A stretch of DNA of 64,000 nt from Bugula neritina. Its lineage: Eukaryota; Animalia; Bryozoa. The position numbers and the translations under genes are program-made. A model generated the notes under the pieces. That model was not told the DNA's origin and made no database searches. It worked only from the letters and a program-made list of their open reading frames with translations. Below, piece after piece: positions 1-9,810 of the stretch (the first letter of the stretch is position 1; each line of letters begins with the position of its first letter). The stretch covers positions 30,954,628 through 31,018,627 of the forward strand of contig OZ037767.1 in the NCBI GenBank assembly GCA_964035545.1. The letters are read 5' to 3'.

Positions 1-1051
1 AGGCCCAGGAATGCCCGCAACTCAGGGAGGTCCCGGGGGACAGTCCACTCCTTCACAGCTTGTACCTTCTCCGGGTCAGCAGCAACCCCATCATGGCCAA
101 CCACATGGCCCAGGTACGTGACTTCCGGATGTAGGAGTGCACACTTGAAGGGCTTCAGCTTCAGTCCAGCTGCCCGGAGGCGGTCAAAGACCTCCCGCAG
201 ACGACTGACATGAGTCGCAAAGTCTGGGTAGATAACAATGACATCATCTAGATAGATGAGGAGGGTCTTCCATTGTAACCCACTGAGGACCTGCTTCATG
301 AGTCGTTGGAAAGTTGCCAGGGCGGACGTAAGCCCGAATGGCAGTACTTTCCATTTCCAGAGCCCATCGTGGGTGATGAATGCTGCTTTGTCCTGTTCAT
401 CAGGGCTGAGGGGCACTTGCCAGTACCCGCTAAGCAGATCCAAAGTGCTGAAGTACTTGCTCCCCGCGAGGGCATCCAGAGATTCATCTATCCGAGGGAG
501 AGGGTAAGCGTCCTGGATGGTAGCACTGTTGAGCTTGCGGTAGTCCACGCAGAACCTCCAACTACCATTCTTCTTCTTGACCAGGACTACTGGAGAACTC
601 CACGCACTGTGGGCAGGCTCAATCAGGTCCCGATCGAGAAGATCCTGCACCTGCCGGCTTACCTCCTTCTCCGGGCCTAGACATCGGGTTGGCTGCCTGA
701 TAGGGGTGGTGCCAGCTGCCAGGGGTATCTCGTGGGAGATAACCTTGGTCAGCCCCATGTCCCCATCTCCGCGACTGAAGACATCACTGTACTCCATGAG
801 TAGTTGAGCCAGTACTTGGTGTTCAGTACTACTCGTACAGTTGTCACACGCTCCACCATACAGATCAGCCAAGTGCTTCGGGACTGCTCCTCGACTGGTA
901 CGAGGGAGGTTTCCCTGGGTGTCAGCCACTGTCTCTAGTGCCGGCCCCACATCCATTTCCTGGATGGAGTGGTACTTCCCCACCAGCGCCCCAGCCGATA
1001 ATCGGACCGGTTCCGTGAAGGGGTTGATACACTGCACGAGGAGCTCTCTCA
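1..1051 (-). mobile_element. Gypsy/Ty3 LTR retrotransposon pol fragment (reverse transcriptase), 5'-truncated, runs off the window
   Basis: Hand translation of the minus strand is open from ~1050 to 1: ...SAWSSPVVLVKKKNGSWRFCVDYRKLNSAT..DAYPLPRIDESLDAL..FSTLDLLSGYWQV..VLPFGL..LIYLDDVIV..KLKPFKC..YLGHVV..ELRAFLG. These are the canonical Ty3/Gypsy RT motifs (YLDD). GC-rich relative to the host DNA. Confidence 0.95.
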
Positions 1052-1230
1052 CCCACTTATATAGCAACAAATTTTCCCGCCGCCGAAACCGTCTGATGTT
1101 CGGCCGAAGTTCGAAGTTCCGGTTGCCAAAACTGTCCGATATCGGACAGAATCGCGCTTCCGGACTCTGATTTCAGCCGAACATCGGCTCACACAAATTA
1201 TTAAGATTAACACAAAAAATTGGCGGGAGA
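1052..1230. mobile_element. Probable terminus of a CMC/EnSpm-like DNA transposon interrupting the Gypsy element
   Basis: Gypsy-like coding sequence ends abruptly at CCCACTTATATAGCAACAAA (CCC..TAGCA resembles animal EnSpm termini). Subterminal inverted repeats follow: GATGTTCGGC/GCCGAACATC and the palindrome CTGTCCGATATCGGACAG. The partner end was not found. Confidence 0.45.
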
Positions 1231-1689
1231 ATACAACTCATAAAAAAATACAAGAATACTAAGTAAGGATATTAGTTTATATAACTCGCAATTTTACCAC
1301 AATAACTAATGTCACCTCTGTGAATACCAAGTGTATCGAGAATTATAAAATTAAAAAGAAGATTAAATGCTTCCGCGGATTGAGATACTTTTGATATTTG
1401 GCCAACAATTGGTCTAAGATTGGCCAATTATTGGACAGTTTTGTGCAATGATGTGAATCTTTTAACCAGTTCAACGGTGCTCCGCGATCACCGACCTTGC
1501 AGGGTGAGGTGTTTACTTTGGATCACGTACACTTTATATAACTTGAATTTTATTATTCGACCGTGGTTGTTTGAAAAATTCAACAAAAAGCAGGTCATTC
1601 GGCCAAACTCATTTGTTTTAAAATATTAAACAAAGTAAAAACAACGTTTCAACTACTAGGCTGTGGTTGTTTACTAAAAGTAAGTAAAT

Positions 1690-2220
1690 CTAATACTAGA
1701 GTCTAGTTACTAGTAGACGTAGTAGCCGTAGGTGGCGTACTGATTGTAAATTACTAAAAGTAAATCACTGTAAGTCACTCTTAGTAAGTGTAAGATTAAG
1801 TGTAAGACCTACAGTTACTCTTAGACTCACTCTAACAGTAAGAGTAAGATTCACACTGACAGTGACACTCACACGGATACTGATAGATATACTTTTTAGT
1901 CATATTGATATTGATATTCATAGTGATACTGATCACTAATACTAATAGACAATAGTGTATGGTACACAAAGTTAAAAATAAAAGTTATTATAATTATAGT
2001 TTAAATTAAATCTTGTGCTTGTATTTGTAAGTTGTATGTATTCACTGGGACTAATTATTTGTTGTACTTGTAGTAAATGACTAAATCTCCAATTACATTG
2101 AGTTTGATACTATAACTATAAGTATAAGCATAAGCATAAATACTAGTAATACTAATACTAATACAGTAATAGTAATAATAATAATATAATAATAAATAAG
2201 ATAATCATAATATATACGTT
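1690..2220. repeat. Patchwork low-complexity tract of short local direct and inverted repeats
   Basis: Successive patches of TAGTAG/TCTAG, TAAGTG, ACTGAC/GTGAC, GATATT, TAAGCA, TACTAA/TAA motifs. Confidence 0.7.
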
Positions 2221-2385
2221 TAATTGCTACTGGTACACATTGTTGAGACTGAGGTGGCTAAATTGACTGCTAAATTTATTGTTTCAACACTTAGCAAGGC
2301 GTGGAAATGTTCCTACAGAATGTCTTCGTTTTTAGCTAACTAGAACACTTCAACTTGTTTAAGGCAGGACTCTGATTTTTCACTT

Positions 2386-3080
2386 GATTGGCCATATCTT
2401 GAAAAATAATAGCCCTACTGACCTCAAATTTTGATGTGTTCCTAACCATGGGCCTACCCACACCCCCCCACAATTTCAGAGGTCAAGGTTAAATTATAGC
2501 GATTTTGGCCGGAGTGCACTAAAGAGTTATCTCCTCCTAGAATAATATTTCAATTCTGCTCCAACTCCACAATTTGAAGCAAAACATATTTATCTAGAAC
2601 CCCTACCACATTTAGCCTTCTAGGTTTACTAGATAACAAGATCTATGCACTTTTCGCCGGAGTTCTAGATTTTTAGCAGGTACCATGTATTGAGATGACC
2701 ATATCTTGAAACCTATTACATGCACATGCCCAATTCTGGTAGGGTTGCTAGATATACATTTAAGCATATTATGTTCCAAATTTCATATGGGTAGGTCAAA
2801 AATTGTAGGAGGAGATAGAATTTTACTATCGTAGCAACCGAAAAAACATACAAATGAGAAAATTGAGGACGAAAATTCAATAAATTGAAATGACTATATC
2901 TTGAAACCTACAAGTTAAATATATATTATTTTGGCATGGTTGTTAGAAGCACATCTCATCATATTATACTCCAAATTTCATAAAAATAGCATAAAACCTA
3001 TAGGAGAAGCAATAATTTTACTACTGTAACAACCGAAAATACACAAATAAAAAATTCAATGACGAAAAATTTATCAATCG
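2386..3080. repeat. Kolobok subterminal repeats: two ~195-bp diverged direct copies plus an inverted copy
   Basis: 2690-2885 and 2886-3080 share GA.(C/T)ATATCTTGAAAC, CCAAATTTCAT, TAGGAG, CAACCGAAAA, GACGAAAA. 2528-2650 (TATCTCCTCCTAGAAT..ATCTAGAACCCCTACCAC..CAAGAT) is an inverted copy of ~2695-2820. Confidence 0.8.
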
Positions 3081-3149
3081 ATATGATCTCATTTCAAAAT
3101 CTTAGTTGTATTTGCATGATTTCAAAAGAAATTACAGAATAAATTATAA

Positions 3150-3421
3150 ATTCAGTGAAGTTCTATCTCCAGAAAACTCCAGTCTTGTAATACTTTGGCC
3201 AGACTGCTGGGCTTTGTGGCGGGAACTCACTATTATTAGAAGATCTTTTTGTGGGTATAAATGGCAAACTGCTTCACAATCAGTGTTCCTAAAACAAAGT
3301 AAACAGGTACAAAATCAGTACTATTATCATTGAATTATACGACAGAACAGCTGACAACAAAAATAAACTTAGGTTTTTGCAAAATTTTCACTTTGGGGGC
3401 GAAGTAACAAAGTTAACTTAT
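3150..3421 (-). pseudogene. Degenerate tandem copy of the 3' end of the transposase CDS
   Basis: Aligns to ~3440-3731 (about 109/150 nt identical by hand count). Translates to LLLRP.KVKILQKPK..VVSCSV*FNDNST versus the real WLLCPKVQFVQKPRLELAVNCAVLQFNDGST, with a frameshift and a stop. Confidence 0.85.
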
Positions 3422-3454
3422 CTTCAAAGTTGAGGGTTTATTGAAATTTCATCT

Positions 3455-5443
3455 CTAAAAAGCTCCAGCTTGGTAGTCACTCCGGTCAGGTCGTCTGGCT
3501 ATTGTTGCTCTTTGATAGGTGGCCCGTCTCTTGGAAGCCTTTATTCTCTGCAGATCTTTTTTGTGGGTGTGCATTACCAGCTGTTTTCCAATCGTTATTC
3601 CTAAAATATCATAAACAGCAGCAAGAGCAGTACTACCATCATTGAATTGTAAGACAGCACAGTTGACAGCAAGTTCTAACCTAGGCTTCTGCACAAACTG
3701 CACTTTAGGGCAAAGTAACCAAATTATCCTATGAAAAGACTCGTTATTATTTTGTGTACCCCCATGCAAGCATTTTGAAAGCAGAGAATCGGCTGTAAGA
3801 GCTTCAAAAACCGGTTTTATCTCTTCTAGTACAAAAGGTGGGAGACTATTCGAATTACCATCACCACTACCATTTACTGCCGGGCAAGAATTATCACATG
3901 AGCTATGATTCCTATTCCTATGATGCCATATTCTCCAAATGCTTGCTTTCATACCCTCTAAGTTTCCTACATTATTCCTAATAGCTGCTCCATAATGACC
4001 CTGAATTCTCTTTATAGCAGCTTTATGCAACTTACCACTACCTCCTATACCTTTATACTTACGGCCTTCCCAATAAAACTCTTTTCCCTTACATTGCTGC
4101 ACTTTATCTAATAAAAGCTTGCCCATTCGCTTTTGCACATGACCTACGCATTCAAGTTTCTCAACAACAACATCTGGGCCATAGGGTTGGGCCTTACTTA
4201 CAGCACTATAAGACTTGGAGTCTCCATCCCCTAAATATTTTACAAACCGTACTCCTCTCTTCTCGACTGACCTCCTGAAAATTCTAACCATACCTACCGG
4301 CTCCATACCACCAGCTGAACCCTCATGATTTTTGACACAACTATGCTCTGGTGGTATACTATCTTTATGACTGGCACATGTAAAACAATAACTAGAGAGA
4401 ACTTCAGTATCAACTACTTTACCTGGTTTTCCTACTGAATGGGTAATAACAGTAGCTACCCCATTCTTACTACTAAAGCCCCTACGCTGCCAGGTACCAT
4501 CACAAGATACTGTTATATCACTACTGTTACTCATACTAGCAGCTTCCCTGGCAGCCTGGTCCATTGACTTACTAGCTAGCTCCTTAGTAATGTTACCAAG
4601 TCGCTCTACATCCTTGGCCCACTCACTAAAAGCGACAGGTGGGGGCAAACCTAGATGAGCAGAAATAGTTGCAGCAGTACTTCTATGCCCACCTGCCAAG
4701 GTTGTACCAAAAGCCAACCGAGTATTCAAAGAAAACCTATGATCTACATCACGATCACTCATTACACTACTTTCAATAAGAACACCACAAACAGAACAGG
4801 TAAAATCAAAAGCTGGTACAATTCCACTATGGCATTTTACACTAATTCGCAAGGACATAGCAGGGTGATCTTTACAAGCAATACTACCAGATGACAACCT
4901 ACCCATAAGTTCTAAAACTAACTTAGTCTGCACTATAATACTGTCAGGCTGAGAATTTGCAGAACTAAATAAGAAATTTGAAGTACTTAGCTGATCATTT
5001 AGTTTAGCAGAGCTGGCAGTTGCAGCAGGAGTAGTGCCGGTAACTGTAGGTGTAGCATCACTAGTCAGACTCAAAGAGCTGGAGGCAGTCGGTGGTATAA
5101 GTTGATGGTCAGATGCAGCAGACTGGGGCTCCAATTGAAAGTCCATAGTACTAACTGAAAAGCTTGTAGATGCACTTAGATGTGCAGTAGAGTTAGTTAC
5201 ATTAGTGTTACTAATAGTAGTAGCGATAACTGGCGTAGCGGTGCCGGCAATAGTAGTAGTAGTAGTAGTAATCGTCATGGGTGGTCTAGTAGTAGGCGTA
5301 GTTGTGGGCGTCGTTGCACTTGCAGTTGAAGGCGTCGTAGCACTTGCAGGCGTCGTAGTAGTAGTACTAGTAGTAATATCTAGTACTGGGTCAGCTTTTC
5401 TGTACTGATTTCCTCGAAACTGCCTTTTTTTAACCTTAGGCAT
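3455..5443 (-). CDS. Kolobok-type DDE transposase (domain often labelled 'Mutator-like transposase'), 662 aa, intronless
   Basis: Motifs: N-terminal KKRQFRGNQY, CxxC, SCDGTWQRRGFSSKNG (D), YLGDGDSK (D), KLECVGHVQKRMG, CLHGGTQNNNESF (E), FNDG. Lies inside the TIR/TTAA-bounded element. Confidence 0.92.
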   Translation of the reverse strand: MPKVKKRQFRGNQYRKADPVLDITTSTTTTTPASATTPSTASATTPTTTPTTRPPMTITTTTTTIAGTATPVIATTISNTNVTNSTAHLSASTSFSVSTMDFQLEPQSAASDHQLIPPTASSSLSLTSDATPTVTGTTPAATASSAKLNDQLSTSNFLFSSANSQPDSIIVQTKLVLELMGRLSSGSIACKDHPAMSLRISVKCHSGIVPAFDFTCSVCGVLIESSVMSDRDVDHRFSLNTRLAFGTTLAGGHRSTAATISAHLGLPPPVAFSEWAKDVERLGNITKELASKSMDQAAREAASMSNSSDITVSCDGTWQRRGFSSKNGVATVITHSVGKPGKVVDTEVLSSYCFTCASHKDSIPPEHSCVKNHEGSAGGMEPVGMVRIFRRSVEKRGVRFVKYLGDGDSKSYSAVSKAQPYGPDVVVEKLECVGHVQKRMGKLLLDKVQQCKGKEFYWEGRKYKGIGGSGKLHKAAIKRIQGHYGAAIRNNVGNLEGMKASIWRIWHHRNRNHSSCDNSCPAVNGSGDGNSNSLPPFVLEEIKPVFEALTADSLLSKCLHGGTQNNNESFHRIIWLLCPKVQFVQKPRLELAVNCAVLQFNDGSTALAAVYDILGITIGKQLVMHTHKKDLQRIKASKRRATYQRATIARRPDRSDYQAGAF

Positions 5444-6388
5444 GTTTACTGTGTCTGTAGTATACGTGCTGCTATGTTAGAGACTTATATAACGAGTCGG
5501 TACGAATATAAATATTATGTAATATTACTAATGTCAAAATAAGTAAATCACGGCACTTCGTAAAACAAAATGTTGATAAATATAAAGTCAAATATGTCTT
5601 CTCTTTATTTTCACCGGTTGTAGAAGATCTAGATGAAGGATTGATGGTAAATTATCAGATTGTTTTGGCAGTTTGGAATATTACGTGTAGCTTCTTTGTT
5701 CGTTTTGGCAAACAGGATGTGCGTCACAGATCACGCGATAAGCACAGCCAATAAATGAAGTGAATCGCGGGTCACGGGGTCAGGGTAATAAAATCCGACA
5801 AAACTATGCTAAATCAATTATCTTTGTTTTGCCTCAATGCGCTTACTGAGAGGTGTTATACACTGCCCATTAGTAAAGTAGGCTTTTCTGAAACTAATGC
5901 TGTACAGTGCAACTGAGAATGCCGAGTTGAAAACAGTTAACAATGGTGCTAAAGTTAGTGATTATGGCTGCATTTTTTTTGTTTTTCACACCAGTTGCAA
6001 CAAAGGGGTAACTTTAAATACACAATTTTAATAGAAAGAAAAGTAGAATATCAAAAAGAATCACATCACTCGAATCTGGAAATTTTAGAGTTTTTATGCA
6101 TAGTAAAATCCAAATATGGCCAAATTGACCACAATTTCTTAATTTTTAATCATAGTCCAGCCTTAATTTAAATGATAGGCATACTTGATCCTAAAGTAGT
6201 TCATCTTCTAAGACAACCAATCACAAACGGCTTTATAGATCGGCACTTTTGATTTGCTAACTGAAACTCTTGTATAATCATATCATATTGGGTATATATA
6301 TGAATGCAGCATATGGTTATAGTCATTTAGTTTATTGCTATCCACCGAAGCTGCACTCTTAAACAAGGATAATTTTGCAGGTGAAAAT

Positions 6389-9217
6389 ATGTCGAAGTCT
6401 GTCACAGCCGGTTCTTGTTGCACTGGAGTACTGATTGTTGGGTCACTTCTCTCTTATATCCTGTGTATTGCTATTAACGCTGTCTTTAACATTCCTAGCA
6501 TCAGTGAGTTTACTAGATGACTGTATGTTACTACTATATGATATGTAACTTGATGGTCATTGTTTGGTAATTAGTGGCAATTTCTCTAGTTAATAATAAT
6601 TACTTAGAATCTATGCATAATATTATGTTTATATAGCCTTTTTGTAGTTTGTCTGCAAGTTGTGTTGGTCATCTCATAATATTTTTTATTGGGCAATAAA
6701 GTTTGTCATGGCTTACCATTTCATATCCATATAAAATATTCAGTGGATATATGATATATATCCACTGATATATAGGTCTATTTAATGAATATACCATATG
6801 TGATGTATGCTATAGGATATATTTAATGGATATATCATATGTAATGTATGATATATGATATATTTAATGGATATATCATATGTGATGTATAATATATGAT
6901 ATATTTAATGGATATGTCATATGTGATGTATTCAGTAAATATGTGGTATACCATATGTGATGTAATATATATTATATATTATACATTCAGAGGATATGCC
7001 TATCTTTCTGATTATGTCTGATAATGAATAATAATTTATTCCTGCTATGTTATGTCAATGCAAACACAAATTACTATTAAAACAACCTCCTATGTAGGTC
7101 CGTTCAACACTACTATTGCAAACGTAAGTCACAAGTACAACACTGGAATCACACCTTCTGATGCTACATTCTCAATATGGGGTAAGGTTTCCGTTCTCCT
7201 CTACTTCCTCTTTGTCATGCTGGTTAACCAATCAGCTGCTCCATTCTATCAGTTCATTATTTTGTGCTGCCAAAGGTCAAAGTTATTCAAGGTCAAAAGT
7301 TACTCATGTGTTGTGCGAACATAAATAGACAAGTTTAACTCCTACTATTAGTAGTTTGTATTAGTAAATACTGGAAGCTAATCATTTCTATTACTTTTGG
7401 CTAAGTAGAGGGAGGTAATTACCAAGTGTTTTTTTCATAGATTGTGCAATGATTTCAGTTATTAATGCTATAGCACTTGATATATGCTATTTGTATTGAT
7501 ACTATAGCACTTGATATAGGATGTTTGTATTGGTGCTATAGCACTTGATATATGCTATTTGTATTGGTACTATAGCACTCAACCTGCGCTATTGTATCGT
7601 GTAAGTATAATGTTGCATACTATTATGAGACGTGAATATGTACCTACAGTGTTGATATACCTCTGGCAGCTGGCACTAGTAGTGTACGTCAGCACTCTCT
7701 TGTGCAGGAAGGCTGGAAACAAACCACTATACATCTCTCCTGGATTCATCCCCGCCTCGTTTCTACTCTCCTACATTGTAAACTTGCTGGGTCAGTTTGT
7801 ATAACTGGATTATCATATCTAATGTAACCTTGGTACTTTGTCTGCTGACCCATAAACACTGATTAGACACTGTTTACATAACTAAAAGATTAGCATAGAG
7901 CAGTTTAGCTGTAGGCTCGATATTTACAGCCGTGAATTATGACATTGCATAAAGTCAGGTATATTAATTTGACGTCTGGTTTGTCAGAGTATATCACTAA
8001 TTATTGTTATTGTTGCCAATCTCAGTGACACACTCAATATGTTGAGCAACCACGTTGCCTTGGTGATATTCTACTAACTCTAGGTAACCCGGCCTGGATA
8101 TATGTGTTCTTCTTGGAGGACAACGTCAAGGCTCTGGGACTGCTTCTCCTCGGAGTTGTCACCCTTGTTATATGTCTGGTGAGTTCCTGCAGTCAGCTGG
8201 AGCAGAGCGGTGCTGAGATGGAGATGAAGGGGCTTCTGGGAGATATCTGGTGCACTCGGATCATTGTGCAGAATGGTAATACATTCGGCATAATGACTTT
8301 ATAATACTGTAATGTGTAATAGTGTATAATAATAATAATATACTGTATAATACTGTATAGTATATGTATAATACTGTACACTGTATAATACTGTACATTA
8401 TATAATACTGTATAACACTATATAATACTGTATAGTTTACTGTATAGCACTGTATAATACAGTATAGCACTATATAACACTGTACTGCAGGTATTGCGCT
8501 GTACTTGGCCTGGGCGACCTGTGCCACGGCCATCAACACTGTAGTTGTCCTCACCTACATTCTCGGCGTCAGCATGAGCTCAGCCTGCTTTGGAGCTCTC
8601 GCTGTGATCAACGCCATCATCGTTAGTTGGTTCGTTTTGGAGACATTCCTGTACGACAGGCAGCTGAGGTGAGCGGCAGCAATGAGTCTACAGTGTTGCT
8701 GAGGCAGCAGTCTTTAATTGGCCTTCAGTCTAGTTTTGGTTGTGATTTGAGCTTCAGGATGAAATTAAAGATGTGTTTGGAATAATATGAAATACAATCA
8801 AGCAAGATAGAATGTTTGTGATGTGAACTTATGAACCACCAGTCCCACGCTAGTTTCAACCTTCATTTGTTTATGTCATCCATTTTTGTTATGTTGTCTT
8901 CTTGTGTGTACATAATTGTTATGCTATTTACTTGTAGATACATATTTGTCACATTATTTACATGTAGGTATGTGTTTGCCCACTACATCTCATACATCAT
9001 TGCTTTCGTTGGCGTCTACAAAGCTCAGTACGACCCCAGCATTCCTTACACCATCTACGAGGTCGTCCTATTGGCTATCGTCTCTGCTCTAGCCCTCGCT
9101 AAACTCATCATTATGATAGTTCGGGCCGTCAAAGACCCCATCCACTATTCTAAACTTAGTGACGGCATCAGTTCAAAGGAAGTGCCATTTGTGAAAGTTA
9201 TGCAAGTTCACTATTAA
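6389..9217 (+). CDS. Uncharacterised multipass membrane protein, TspO/MBR-related (about 319 aa, 6 coding exons)
   Basis: Exons 6389-6503, 7098-7181, 7650-7790, 8084-8275, 8491-8668, 8968-9217, all GT-AG with consistent phases. Motifs VSHKYNTGITPSDATFSIWVLIYLWQ and QNGIALYLAWATCATAIN resemble tryptophan-rich sensory protein-like families; many hydrophobic helices. Confidence 0.8.
6740..6965. repeat. Intronic ~41-bp AT-rich minisatellite
   Basis: Repeated ATATATCATATGTGATGTATGATATATGATATATTTAATGG. Confidence 0.75.
8276..8490. repeat. Intron made almost entirely of a ~10-bp TATAATACTG repeat
   Basis: Repeat runs from donor GTAATAC to acceptor TGTACTGCAG. Confidence 0.8.
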
Positions 9218-9739
9218 TCTTTAAGCAAAGCACGAGTTGCTTGACCTTTATATAACCTTCCCCATCTTAATATAAGTGTACTAGCCACTTTTCTTCTTTT
9301 TTCGGTGATTATTACTATTAGAGTATTTTTATTAATATTACAAATATTAATCTCTTACATGTTATAGAATTTCTGCTCCATAAACTCTTTTCTATGATTA
9401 TTTTTGTTAAAATTAAAGGCTGCATCACGAATCCGTTACATAATTTGCATTTTGGTCATACATTTTTACAATCTGAATAATTCTTATTTTTATATATCTA
9501 ATCTTGCAATTGAATAAATATTTCTCTATTTGACCCATATTGTCACTGTGACCCTGGTTTCTATGTCAATACAGATATGATGCAGTTGTTACCTCCATAA
9601 ATCCATTTGTCAAACACTTGCTGTTAAAGTTCAATCTAATGACATGTAACTGTCAACCATGTCATCAGCCTTGGTTATGGTTATGTGAGTGTCAACATGA
9701 TGATAAGCCATGTTAATTTATTTACCAGTTGGTCTACTG

Positions 9740-9810
9740 CAGTAGTTCCCAACCTGGGGGAATTCCCCCCTAGGGGGGAATTTGTACATTTTAGGGGGGA
9801 ATTTGGATTT
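9740..9810. mobile_element. hAT (Charlie/Buster-like) MITE terminus, partner end not seen
   Basis: CAGTAGTTCCCAACCTGGGG resembles the hAT TIR CAGTGGTTCCCAACC. It is followed by the perfect palindrome AATTCCCCCCTAGGGGGGAATT (9761-9782). Confidence 0.6.

Larger units (their letters stand above)
2363..6162 (-). mobile_element. Complete 3.8-kb Kolobok-type DNA transposon
   Basis: TTAA target-site duplication (2359-2362 and 6163-6166). 15-bp TIRs GGCAGGACTCTGATT (2363-2377) and AATCATAGTCCAGCC (6148-6162; reverse complement GGCTGGACTATGATT, 2 mismatches). Shared subterminal motif TTGGCCATAT at both ends. One intact transposase ORF. Confidence 0.9.

Noticed and set aside
256-1170. Plus-strand ORFs of 76-124 aa
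   Set aside because: Antisense shadows of the Gypsy RT frame.
2363-3454. Second gene (KolX, His-Me nuclease, Fanzor/TnpB) or long terminal direct repeats
   Set aside because: No credible ORF or nuclease motif; the 75-aa ORF at 3106 is antisense to the degenerate CDS copy; the two ends are not direct repeats.
3455-5443. Assignment to Mutator/MuDR or piggyBac
   Set aside because: A 4-bp TTAA TSD with short GG-starting TIRs does not fit MuDR (8-10 bp TSD), and the protein motifs and termini are not piggyBac-like (CCC/CCY).
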